A program made the translations under genes and the position numbers. From contig JBKJNA010000027.1 of the NCBI GenBank assembly GCA_046596195.1, positions 913 through 64,912 of the forward strand: a DNA stretch of 64,000 nt. Direction: 5' to 3'. The stretch is from Acidimicrobiales bacterium. Lineage in GTDB: Bacteria; Actinomycetota; Acidimicrobiia; Acidimicrobiales; GCA-2861595. Within the stretch, counting starts at the first letter, position 1, and each line of letters opens with the position of its first letter. This document shows, piece by piece, positions 1 to 7,919 of this stretch. A model generated the notes under the pieces. That model was not told where the DNA came from, ran no database searches, and saw only the letters and a program-made list of their open reading frames with translations.

Positions 1-8
1 GGCCCACT

Positions 9-51
9 CCCGAGGAAATAGAGCGCCAGAATGGCGCTCTCTTTACTCGGG
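9..51. terminator. Palindromic hairpin element, copy 1 of a 4-member family (variant core)
   Basis: cccgaggaaatagAGCGCCA-gaa-TGGCGCTctctttactcggg forms 20-nt arms with 2 mismatches. The flanks CGAG[G/T]AAATAG / CT(a/c)TTTACTCG match copies at 23608, 38338 and 46801. The core differs from theirs but is still self-complementary. Confidence 0.5.
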
Positions 52-64
52 AACGAGGTGAGCG

Positions 65-673
65 GTGACGATCGAGAAGGGCAAGGCGTGGGGTACGCCA
101 GGGGCGCTGCCCGATGACGGCGTCGTCGTGCGCAGTGATTCCGAGGCGCGCGCCGCGCTGGAGGATGCCCGCCGGGAGGGCCGGCCGTTCCCCGCCCTCG
201 GTCTGCTCGGTGGCGACCTATGGCACACCCTCGGTGGACTGAGCGACGAGGCCCGCTTGCGTTCGCCGGAGGCCGTCACCTTCCCGGTCGACCTGGGCGA
301 GGCGCTGGTCGACGGGCGGCCGTACCTGTTCGTGGCCCACCTGGTGGCCCGGGACCGGTTCTGGCGCCACAGCTTCGTCGCCATGAACGCGCAGTGGCTG
401 GGGGAGTGGAACCTGGGGCCCCGGGCCCACCCGGGCGACGCCAAGCTCGACACCTACCAGTCCGACCTCACGCTGTCGGACCTGCCCAAGGTGCGGGCCC
501 GCCTCCACCACGGCACCCACCTGCCGCATCCCCGGATCACCGAGCGCCGGCGCCCGGCCGTGCAGGTCGAGCTGCCCCGGGCCCTCGAGGTGTGGGTCGA
601 CGGCGTCGCCGTGGGACGTGGCCGCACGCTGTCGGTGCGGGTCGAGGCGGACGCGCTCACAGTGGTGATCTAG
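65..673 (+). CDS. Conserved hypothetical protein (weak resemblance to the C-terminal half of diacylglycerol-kinase-like proteins)
   Basis: 202-aa ORF with a GTG start and high GC3. The motif FVAMNAQWLGEWNLGPRAHPGDAKLD resembles the DAGK-like N..y.GG...P.A...DG.LD segment. Confidence 0.5.
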   Translation: MTIEKGKAWGTPGALPDDGVVVRSDSEARAALEDARREGRPFPALGLLGGDLWHTLGGLSDEARLRSPEAVTFPVDLGEALVDGRPYLFVAHLVARDRFWRHSFVAMNAQWLGEWNLGPRAHPGDAKLDTYQSDLTLSDLPKVRARLHHGTHLPHPRITERRRPAVQVELPRALEVWVDGVAVGRGRTLSVRVEADALTVVI

Positions 674-729
674 CGCGCGGACGGCGGTCCGCGTCCGACG
701 GGGAGGTGGGTCGTACGCTGGCGATCCCC

Positions 730-2334
730 ATGGCCCTCCTCCCGCCGGAGACGTTCACCGAGGACGAGCAGGCCGTCCTGCGCCGCTACTTCACCAACCT
801 CGACCGGCCGGTCTTCGCCCTGGTGAACCTCCCGGAGGTCGTCAAGGGCGCCCTGTTCGCCCGCTACTCCCGCTCGGCCAAGAGCCTTCGGCGGCTGTTC
901 CTCGACGAGTTCGTGGTCGACCTCGACATGGCCGGCGACCTCACCGTCGATGCCACCATGGGCGTGGAGCGGGCCGAGAAGCTCTACGACAAGGTGTTCC
1001 TGGAGTACGGCGACGACTCGGTGGCCCAGCTGGGCGGGGTGCATCTGGCCTGCGAGCAGGCGTCGAACCTGCTGACCAAGGTCCTGGAGTGGGGCCGCCT
1101 CATGGCCTACCTGGAGCAGTCCACCCGCTATGTCGCCTACGACGTGCGCGACAACGGCCGGTACCGGTACGTCCGGGACCCGGAGGTGGTGGAGTCGCCC
1201 CTCGGCGCCCGCTACGTGGGCGCCATGGACCGCATGTTCGACACCTACGCCGAGCTCGTGCCCCAGATGCAGGAGTGGTTCGCAGGGCGCTACCCGAAGG
1301 AGGCGGGGGACTCCGACTTCGTCTACCGCCAGTCGATCCGGGCCAAGGCGTTCGACGCCTTGCGGGGCATCCTGCCCGCCGCTGCCCTTTCGAACGTGGG
1401 CATCTACGGCACCGGCCAGGCCTACGAGATGCTCCTCCTGCGCATGCGGGCGTCGGCCCTGCCCGAGGCCCGGGCCTACGCGGCGATGATGCTCGAAGAG
1501 CTTCGCAAGGTGATCCCGTCGTTCCTGAAGCGGGTCGACATGCCCTCCCGCGGCGGCGCCTGGTCGGCCTACCTGGAGACGAACAGCGGCGCCATGCACG
1601 CCGTCGCCGCCCGCCTGCTGGGCGACGAGAAGCCCGAGGAGCGGCCCGCCGTCACCCTGGTGGACTTCGACCCCGACGCGGAGGACAAGCTCGTCGCCGC
1701 CATGCTCTACCCGTACACAGACCTGCCCGACGACCAGATCCTCGCCAGGGTGCGCACATTGGGCGCCGACGAGAAGCTGACCGTGGCCCGGGCCTACGCG
1801 GGGGAGCGGTCCAACCGGCGCCAGCGCCCGGGGCGGGCGCTGGAGCGCATCGGCTACCGCTTCGACGTGGTGTCCGACTACGGGGCCTTCCGGGACCTCC
1901 AGCGCCACCGCATGCTCACCATCGAGTGGCAGGTCCTCACGCCGCACCACGGGTTCGTCCGGCCTGAGGCGGTCGACGAGGCGGGCCGGCAGGACGCGTT
2001 CGACGAGGCCATGGAGCGCTCGGCCCAGCTGCACGGCGACCTGGCCGGCCCCTTCCCGGCCCAGGCCGGCTACGCCGTGGCCCTCGCCTACAAGGTCCGC
2101 TACGCCATGCAGCTCAACGCCCGCTCGGCCATGCACATGCTCGAACTGCGCACCGGCCCCCAGGGCCACCCCGAGTACCGGCGGGTGTGCCAGGAGATGC
2201 ACCGCCTCATCGCCGAGCAGGCCGGCCATCGGGTGGTGGCCGAGATGATGACCTTCGTCGACCACGGAACCTACGACCTCGAGCGCCTGGAATCGGAGCG
2301 CCGGGCCGAGGCTCGGCGCTCGTCCCGCTCCTAG
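730..2334 (+). CDS. Double-length ThyX-like protein (FAD-dependent thymidylate synthase family, fused pseudo-dimer)
   Basis: In-frame ATG at 730 inside ORF 220..2334. The N-terminal half carries ARYSRS (the S.RY part of the ThyX motif) and the C-terminal half carries FRDLQRHRMLT (the RHR part). Product is about 534 aa. Confidence 0.6.
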   Translation: MALLPPETFTEDEQAVLRRYFTNLDRPVFALVNLPEVVKGALFARYSRSAKSLRRLFLDEFVVDLDMAGDLTVDATMGVERAEKLYDKVFLEYGDDSVAQLGGVHLACEQASNLLTKVLEWGRLMAYLEQSTRYVAYDVRDNGRYRYVRDPEVVESPLGARYVGAMDRMFDTYAELVPQMQEWFAGRYPKEAGDSDFVYRQSIRAKAFDALRGILPAAALSNVGIYGTGQAYEMLLLRMRASALPEARAYAAMMLEELRKVIPSFLKRVDMPSRGGAWSAYLETNSGAMHAVAARLLGDEKPEERPAVTLVDFDPDAEDKLVAAMLYPYTDLPDDQILARVRTLGADEKLTVARAYAGERSNRRQRPGRALERIGYRFDVVSDYGAFRDLQRHRMLTIEWQVLTPHHGFVRPEAVDEAGRQDAFDEAMERSAQLHGDLAGPFPAQAGYAVALAYKVRYAMQLNARSAMHMLELRTGPQGHPEYRRVCQEMHRLIAEQAGHRVVAEMMTFVDHGTYDLERLESERRAEARRSSRS

Positions 2335-2372
2335 CTGCATCCCACCGGACCTCTAGAAGTCGTCCCGTGCAA

Positions 2373-2388
2373 TGGTAGAATGCTACCA
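2373..2388. promoter_or_regulatory. Putative VapB operator dyad overlapping a -10-like TAGAAT
   Basis: TGGTAG-aatg-CTACCA at 2373-2388. TAGAAT at 2376-2381 ends 7 nt before the ATG at 2389. Confidence 0.35.
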
Positions 2389-2634
2389 ATGCGAACTACC
2401 ATCGACGGTGCCGGGCGAGTGGTGGTGCCCAAGTCGATACGCGACAGTCTCGGTCTCACGGCTGGTCAACCGCTGGAAATCGTCGAGCGCGATGGCCTGG
2501 CCGAGCTGCGCCCGGTCGGCCAGCGGGTCTGGATCGAGGAGCGCGACGGGGCGCTCGTCGCAGTCACGGAGGACCCGGTGCCGCTACTGACCACGGACGA
2601 CGTACGGGACCTCGTCGAACGCTCCCGGAGGTGA
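2380..2634 (+). CDS. vapB: AbrB/SpoVT-type antitoxin (VapB-like)
   Basis: MRTTIDGAGRVVVPKSIRDSLGL is a typical SpoVT/AbrB swapped-hairpin N-terminus. The gene lies directly upstream of a PIN gene. An alternative ATG is at 2389. Confidence 0.75.
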   Translation: MLPMRTTIDGAGRVVVPKSIRDSLGLTAGQPLEIVERDGLAELRPVGQRVWIEERDGALVAVTEDPVPLLTTDDVRDLVERSRR

Positions 2635-2647
2635 CGACGTCGATACC

Positions 2648-3055
2648 GTGGACACCAGCGTTGCTGTCCCGCTCTTGGCGTCCTGGCACGAGAGCCACGA
2701 TCTCGTGCGCACGGCATTGCACGGGCGAGCCATGCAGATCGGTGCCCATGTGGCGATCGAGACTTTCTCGGTCCTCACCCGCCTGCCGGCGCAGAGGCGG
2801 ATCTCCCCGCCCGACGCCTGGGCACTGCTGCGGGCGGGCTTCGACGGGAGCTGGCTCACTCTGCCGGCGAACGGCCACCGGCTCCTGGTGGAACGCCTGT
2901 CCGGGGCCGGGGTGGGAGGTGGAGCCGTCTATGACGGGCTGGTGGCGGCCACGGCTGCGCACCACCATGCCCGGTTGGTCAGCCTCGACCGGCGGGCCCA
3001 GCCGGTCTACGAGCTGATGGGCGTCGAGGTCGAACTGCTCCGGGAACCGGTGTGA
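2648..3055 (+). CDS. vapC: PIN-domain ribonuclease toxin VapC
   Basis: The N-terminal VDTSV carries the first PIN acidic residue and DGLVAATA sits in the C-terminal half. The ORF is 135 aa and starts 13 nt after the antitoxin stop. Confidence 0.75.
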   Translation: MDTSVAVPLLASWHESHDLVRTALHGRAMQIGAHVAIETFSVLTRLPAQRRISPPDAWALLRAGFDGSWLTLPANGHRLLVERLSGAGVGGGAVYDGLVAATAAHHHARLVSLDRRAQPVYELMGVEVELLREPV

Positions 3056-3117
3056 CTCGGTCAGCCGTCAGATTTGGCCGACCGGCTGAACCACGGCGGC
3101 CCTGGACGACACGGGCA

Positions 3118-3178
3118 TCGGCCCGGGTTCAGGCCCCGACCGCGTGCGCGACCGCAGCGTCGGCCCGGGTTCAGGCCC
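3118..3178. repeat. 19-bp direct repeat TCGGCCCGGGTTCAGGCCC x2 (3118-3136 and 3160-3178)
   Basis: Exact duplicate spaced 42 bp apart. The second copy contains the alr stop codon (3171-3173). Confidence 0.8.
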
Positions 3179-4319
3179 TGTCCCGGACCACCCTGGGCAC
3201 CCGCTTGGAGATGCCGCACAGGATCTCGTAGGCGATGGTGTCGAGGCGGCCGGCCCAGTCGTCGGCGGTGATCTCCTCGTCGCCCTGACGCCCGAGCAGC
3301 ACCACCTCGTCGCCGGCCGCCACGACGTCGCCCGGACCGCAGTCCACCATGAGCTGGTCCATGGTGACGGTGCCGGCGATCGGCCTTCGCCGGCCGCCGA
3401 CGAGCACCTCGCCGGCCACCGCCGACAGCCGCCGGGGCACGCCGTCGGCGTACCCGAGGGGCACGGTGGCCACCACCGAGTCAGCCGCCAGGGTGTAGCG
3501 CAGCCCGTAGGACACCCGCTCGCCGGCGGCCAGCGGCCGGGCCAGGCTCACCCTCGACCGGAGGGAGAGCGCCGGTCGCAGGGGCGGGCAGCCGTCCGGG
3601 AGGGGGACGGGGGAGTAGCCGTATACCGCGATGCCGCAACGGACCATGTCGTAGCGCGACGACGCCTCCGCGAGGGCGCCGGCCGAGTTGGCGGCGTGGA
3701 GCAGGCCGGGATCGATGCCGGCCGTCCGCAGCTCGGCCAGCACCGCGTCGAAACGGTGCAGCTGCGCCGTGGTGTACGACGCCTGGCCCGGCTCGTCGGC
3801 CACGGCCAGGTGCGTCCAGGTGCCGCCGAGGCGCAGACCCGGCGCATCGTCGATGGCCCGGGCGAGGGCGAGGGCATCCGCCGGGTCGGCGCCCACCCGG
3901 TGCATCCCGGTGTCCACCTTCAGGTGTGCGACCAAGGGCTCGCCACCCGCAGCGCCGGCGCTCGAGGCAGCGACCACACCGCCGGGCGTGTAGAGGGTGG
4001 GCGTCAGGCCCGCCGCCCGTACTGCGGCCATGGAGGCGGCGGGTGGCTCGGCCAGCAACAGGACCGGTGCATCGACGCCCCCGTCCCGCAACGCCTGGCC
4101 TTCCTCGACCAGCGCCACCGCCAGCCACGTGGCGCCACCGTCGAGGGCGGCCCGGGCGACGTCGACCGAGCCGTGGCCGTAGCCGTCCGCCTTCACCACC
4201 GCGCAGACGGCGGCGGGGGAGCACCGCTCGATCAGGACGCCGACGTTGTGGCGGACGGCGGCCAGGTCGATCTCCGCCCACGTGGCCCGCCATGCGCCGG
4301 CCACGTTCGTGTCCACCAC
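3171..4319 (-). CDS. alr: Alanine racemase
   Basis: Contains AVVKADGYGHG (PLP-lysine motif) and a C-terminal SYGxxY-type segment; 382 aa. Confidence 0.9.
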   Translation of the reverse strand: MVDTNVAGAWRATWAEIDLAAVRHNVGVLIERCSPAAVCAVVKADGYGHGSVDVARAALDGGATWLAVALVEEGQALRDGGVDAPVLLLAEPPAASMAAVRAAGLTPTLYTPGGVVAASSAGAAGGEPLVAHLKVDTGMHRVGADPADALALARAIDDAPGLRLGGTWTHLAVADEPGQASYTTAQLHRFDAVLAELRTAGIDPGLLHAANSAGALAEASSRYDMVRCGIAVYGYSPVPLPDGCPPLRPALSLRSRVSLARPLAAGERVSYGLRYTLAADSVVATVPLGYADGVPRRLSAVAGEVLVGGRRRPIAGTVTMDQLMVDCGPGDVVAAGDEVVLLGRQGDEEITADDWAGRLDTIAYEILCGISKRVPRVVRDRA

Positions 4320-4367
4320 GGTGGGGGCGACGTTAGCGGACGCCCGAACGTGCCCGGACTTCCGGTT

Positions 4368-4410
4368 CCGGAGCGATCTGTACCCGGGAACCGGTCACAG
4401 ATCGCTTCGG
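4368..4410. promoter_or_regulatory. Long inverted repeat in the alr / LysM-M23 divergent region
   Basis: ccggAGCGATCTGT-N15-ACAGATCGCTtcgg with a perfect 10-bp core (4372-4381 / 4397-4406). The loop contains CCCGGG. Confidence 0.4.
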
Positions 4411-4472
4411 ATCGGCCGCCCGTGATCGGTGCACGCTTCGAGCCAGGCACCGGTCCTGGGAGGCACCCTGTA

Positions 4473-4508
4473 GTTGCTGTTGAGGATGGGGTTGCTGTTG
4501 ACAATGGG
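4473..4508. repeat. 18-bp tandem repeat x2 (GTTGCTGTTGAGGATGGG / GTTGCTGTTGACAATGGG)
   Basis: Adjacent copies at 4473-4490 and 4491-4508 with 2 mismatches, in the leader of the M23 gene. Confidence 0.8.
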
Positions 4509-4567
4509 GTAGGAGTAGCCTTCCCGGTTGACTGGGCGGAGGAGCTCGCGTGCGAGGAGTGCAGGTG

Positions 4568-5377
4568 ATGGCGGGGCTGGTGCTGTTGGCCCTCGCCGGG
4601 TCGGCTGCCGCCGGGCCGGCGCCGTCGACCGGGACGTACAGGGTGAGCGAGGGCGAGACGCTCTCCCGCGTGGCCAAGAAGACGGGCGTGCCGATCGAGG
4701 CACTGGCCAAGGCCAACAACATCACCGACGTCAACTACGTACGGGCCGGCCGGGCGCTTACCATCCCAACGCAGGGGGAGCCGGCGCCCGCCGCCGCCAT
4801 CGCCCCGCTGCCGCCGCTGGCGTCCCCGGTCGTGGTGGCGGGCGGCGGGCGCAGCCATCAGGTGACGTCGGGCGAGAACCTGGCCGCCATCGCCCGCCTG
4901 TACGACACCACCGTGGCCGATCTGGTGGCGGCCAACAATCTGAAGAACGCCAACCTCATCCGCATCGGCGCAGACCTGGTGGTGCCGGGGCCGCCGTGGT
5001 TGTGCCCGGTGCAGGGCGCCCGCCAGTTCTCCGACGGCTGGGGTCAACCCCGTGAGGGTGGGCGGCGCCACCTCGGCGTGGATATCTTCGCTGCCCGCGG
5101 CACACCGGTGGTGGCCAACGTGGGCGGTACCACCCGGCACAGCCTCGGCGCAGTGGCCGGCAACGGCTACTACCTCGACGGCGACGACGGCAACACATAC
5201 TACGGCGCCCACCTCGACACCCTGGCGCCGGCGGGGCGGGTGGAGCGGGGCGCCGTCGTCGGCACCGTCGGCACCACCGGAAACGCCAGAGGCACCACGC
5301 CCCATCTGCACTTCGAGCTCAAGCCAGGAGGCGGATCTTCCGTGAACCCCTACCCGACGCTCCACCAGTGGTGTTGA
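4568..5377 (+). CDS. Secreted LysM-domain M23 family metallopeptidase
   Basis: A signal peptide is followed by two LysM repeats (YRVSEGETLSRVAKK..., HQVTSGENLAAIARL...). M23 motifs are HLGVDI and TTPHLHFEL. The ORF opens at 4550; GAGGAG at 4554-4559 favours a start at 4565 or 4568. Confidence 0.85.
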   Translation: MAGLVLLALAGSAAAGPAPSTGTYRVSEGETLSRVAKKTGVPIEALAKANNITDVNYVRAGRALTIPTQGEPAPAAAIAPLPPLASPVVVAGGGRSHQVTSGENLAAIARLYDTTVADLVAANNLKNANLIRIGADLVVPGPPWLCPVQGARQFSDGWGQPREGGRRHLGVDIFAARGTPVVANVGGTTRHSLGAVAGNGYYLDGDDGNTYYGAHLDTLAPAGRVERGAVVGTVGTTGNARGTTPHLHFELKPGGGSSVNPYPTLHQWC

Positions 5378-6096
5378 ACCGCCGCCTGCAGGGCGCGCTG
5401 GCCCTGGTCGGCGTCCTCGGTGTGACAGTCGGCGGCCAGGCTGCCGCCGCGCCCAAGGGTGCCGCCAGCGAGCCGGGCTCGCGCGTTGTCGTCACCGAAG
5501 GCGACACGCTGTCCGGTCTGGCCAGGTCGCTCGGGGTCAGCGTCGGCAGCCTGGCCCAGGTCAACGGTATCGACGATGTCCACAAGGTGCGGGCCGGGGC
5601 CCGGCTCGTCGTGCCGGGGGCTGCCGCCATCGCGCCACCGGCGGCCAAGTCCGCCGCCGCCAAGGTGCCGGTATCGCTTCCCGAGCGGCTGAAGGCCCAG
5701 CCCGACCGCCTCGCCATGCTCCCCACCTTCGACGCGGCGGCGGCCGAGTTCGGTGTGCCGGCCGATCTGTTCAAGGCCATGACGTGGCTGGAGTCGGGCT
5801 GGCAGAATGAAAAGGTGTCGTCCACCAAGGCGGTCGGCATCGGCCAGCTCATGCCTGACACCGTCGCCTTCGTGAACGGCATCCTCCTCAAGGCGAAGCT
5901 CGACCCGAAGAAGCCGGAGCACAACATCCGCATGTCAGCCCGGTTCCTCGCCTACCTGCTGCGCCAGAACAAAGGAGACGTGTCGCTGGCCCTGTCGTCG
6001 TACTACCAGGGGCTGGCCTCCGTGCGCCGCCAGGGGCCGTTGCCGGAGACGAAGCGCTACGTGGCGAACGTGTTGGCCCTCCGCGCAAAATTCTGA
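5368..6096 (+). CDS. Secreted LysM-domain lytic transglycosylase (SLT family)
   Basis: Signal peptide, one LysM repeat (VVVTEGDTLSGLARSL), then WLESGW...GIGQLMPDT...YYQG, which are typical SLT motifs. Confidence 0.8.
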   Translation: MVLNRRLQGALALVGVLGVTVGGQAAAAPKGAASEPGSRVVVTEGDTLSGLARSLGVSVGSLAQVNGIDDVHKVRAGARLVVPGAAAIAPPAAKSAAAKVPVSLPERLKAQPDRLAMLPTFDAAAAEFGVPADLFKAMTWLESGWQNEKVSSTKAVGIGQLMPDTVAFVNGILLKAKLDPKKPEHNIRMSARFLAYLLRQNKGDVSLALSSYYQGLASVRRQGPLPETKRYVANVLALRAKF

Positions 6097-6453
6097 GCAG
6101 AAAGTCGCGGGCCGAGCAACCCCTCTGACCTGGGAGGACGCGCGAAGCCGCAGGTCACGGCGCCTTGAGGGGGCGTGGGCGGGCGTGCGAGACTGTCCGC
6201 CGTCCCAAGACGCCCCAGACGCCAAGGTCGTGGGCCTCTGGTTCCCCTCGGGGAAGCGGAGGGGGTAGTCGCCGGGCATGCCGGGGTTACCAGGAAGCCA
6301 AGTAGAGAACGTCCCGATAACTCATCGTCGCGGCTGCGAACGGTCGAGCCACCGGACGGCACCAACGGCTTCCTGGGACCTCCGGCACCTTCCCGGATAG
6401 GTTCCGCCCCGGGTGTATCGTTCCGCCCGCCCGAACCGCTCGCAGGGGACGAC

Positions 6454-6918
6454 ATGGCTGAAGACAACGTCGACGAGGAACTCATCGACGAAGACGTAGA
6501 AGGACCCGAGGATCTCGAGGACGCCGATCTCGAGGACATGCCCGACGACGATCTCCTCGACGACGGTCTCGACGTCGCCGTCGACGAGGTCGAGCTGCCC
6601 GACATCGACGACGTGGTCGTGCCGGTGGCGCCGGTGGTCACCCCGGCCGCGTCGGACGACGACGAGGAGGAGGAGGACGACGACGAGGCCGACGAGGACG
6701 ACGTGGAGGCCAGCCTCGATGTGATCCTCAAGGAGAAACTGGTCGTCGCCGACGACGAGGACATCGAGGAGGCGGCCGACCAGGAGGATCGCGTCGAGAC
6801 CACCACCAAGGTGCTGCCCAAGCAGCCCGACGAGTTCTCCTGCCAGTCGTGCTTCCTCGTGAAGCACCCGAGCCAGTTGGCGGACGCCGAGCGCCAGCTG
6901 TGCCGGGACTGCGTGTGA
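6454..6918 (+). CDS. DUF4193 family protein (acidic N-terminus, C-terminal Cys4 knuckle)
   Basis: In-frame ATG at 6454. A D/E-rich tract is followed by FSCQSCFLVKHPSQL...LCRDCV. Confidence 0.7.
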   Translation: MAEDNVDEELIDEDVEGPEDLEDADLEDMPDDDLLDDGLDVAVDEVELPDIDDVVVPVAPVVTPAASDDDEEEEDDDEADEDDVEASLDVILKEKLVVADDEDIEEAADQEDRVETTTKVLPKQPDEFSCQSCFLVKHPSQLADAERQLCRDCV

Positions 6919-7436
6919 CGGCCGAGCGGTCGCCGGTCGACCGGGCCGTGGACCTGCTGATCCACGCGCCCCTGGGCGTGCTGGTCACGGCGCGGGAGGA
7001 GTTGCCCCGCCTCATCGCCAAGGGCCGTCAGGAGGCCACGGGCGCCCGCTTCATCGGCAAGATGGCGGTCGACATGGGCCAGCGGGAAGCGGGCAAGCTG
7101 GTCCGCCAGGCCACCGAGCGTCTGGCCGGCCTGGGCCTGGTGCCCGACCCCCGACGCTCCACCGCCACCACCGAGGAGCCTGCCGCCGACCAGGGCGGCC
7201 AGGCACCCAGCGACCCGGGTCCGGCCTGCCCACCGGCGCCGCCCGCGCCGGTCGTCCGGGCATCCGACGACGCTCTCGCCATCCCCGGCTACGACTCGCT
7301 GTCGGCGCCGCAGGTGGTGCAGCGCCTCGACGGCCTGTCGGCGGACGAGCTCGATGCCGTGCGGGCCTACGAGGCGACCACCCGAGGCCGCAAGACGATC
7401 CTCAGCCGGATCGCCCAGATTCAGTCCGCAGCGTAG
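6915..7436 (+). CDS. Hypothetical protein
   Basis: The GTG at 6915 overlaps the DUF4193 stop as GTGA. The C-terminus IPGYDSLSAPQVVQRLDGLSADELDAVRAYE resembles a Rho-N/SAP-like helix pair. Confidence 0.5.
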   Translation: MTAERSPVDRAVDLLIHAPLGVLVTAREELPRLIAKGRQEATGARFIGKMAVDMGQREAGKLVRQATERLAGLGLVPDPRRSTATTEEPAADQGGQAPSDPGPACPPAPPAPVVRASDDALAIPGYDSLSAPQVVQRLDGLSADELDAVRAYEATTRGRKTILSRIAQIQSAA

Positions 7437-7439
7437 GAC

Positions 7440-7919
7440 ATGGAGGCCGCCCGGCCGGCTATCGAGGCCGACGTGCCCCGGCTGGCCGACCTTTGCCGGA
7501 TGGCCCTCGCCGAGTTGGGGGCCCGGGAGCGGGGCGGGGCGGTGTTCGTGGCGCGCGAGGCGCGGGCCGAACCGGTCGATACCGGGTTGGCGGCCGCGGT
7601 GGCCGACCCCGACGTGGTCGTGATCGCCGGCATGCTCGACGACGTGGTGCTCGGCTATGCCACCGGCCGGGTGGAGGGCCTGCGGGACGGGACCTCGCTC
7701 GGCATCATCGACGAGTTGTTCGTCGAACCGGACGCCCGGGCCATCGGGGTGGGCGAGGCGATGATGAACCAACTGCTCGAGTGGTTCCGGCAGCGGACGT
7801 GCATCGGCGTCGACTCGACGGCCCTGCCCGGGGCGCGCGAGACCAAGAACTTCTTCGAAGAATCCGGCTTTACGGCCCGCCTGCTGGTGATGCACCACCG
7901 GATGAGCCCCCCGCCGTGA
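7440..7919 (+). CDS. GNAT family N-acetyltransferase
   Basis: Contains [20 protein letters not shown] (acetyl-CoA binding Q/RxxGxG/A motif); 159 aa. Confidence 0.8.
   Translation: MEAARPAIEADVPRLADLCRMALAELGARERGGAVFVAREARAEPVDTGLAAAVADPDVVVIAGMLDDVVLGYATGRVEGLRDGTSLGIIDELFVEPDARAIGVGEAMMNQLLEWFRQRTCIGVDSTALPGARETKNFFEESGFTARLLVMHHRMSPPP

Noticed and set aside
670-2340. Long antisense or alternative-frame ORFs, for example 670..2340(-), 6057..7898(-), 8103..9524(+), 11487..13355(-), 13493..15460(-), 50053..52677(-), 50271..52799(+), 56412..58541(+)
   Set aside because: They mirror well-supported genes on the other strand or frame and are Arg/Pro/Gly/Ala-rich with no motifs. They are the expected stop-codon-poor artefacts of roughly 70% GC DNA.
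6095-6112. GAGCAGAAAGTCGCGGGC, resembling the RNase P RNA GAGGAAAGTCCGGGC box
   Set aside because: No matching P4 3-prime strand (ACAGAACCCGGCTTA-like) or other RNase P universal elements occur in the following 350 nt. The match overlaps the stop codon of the SLT gene.
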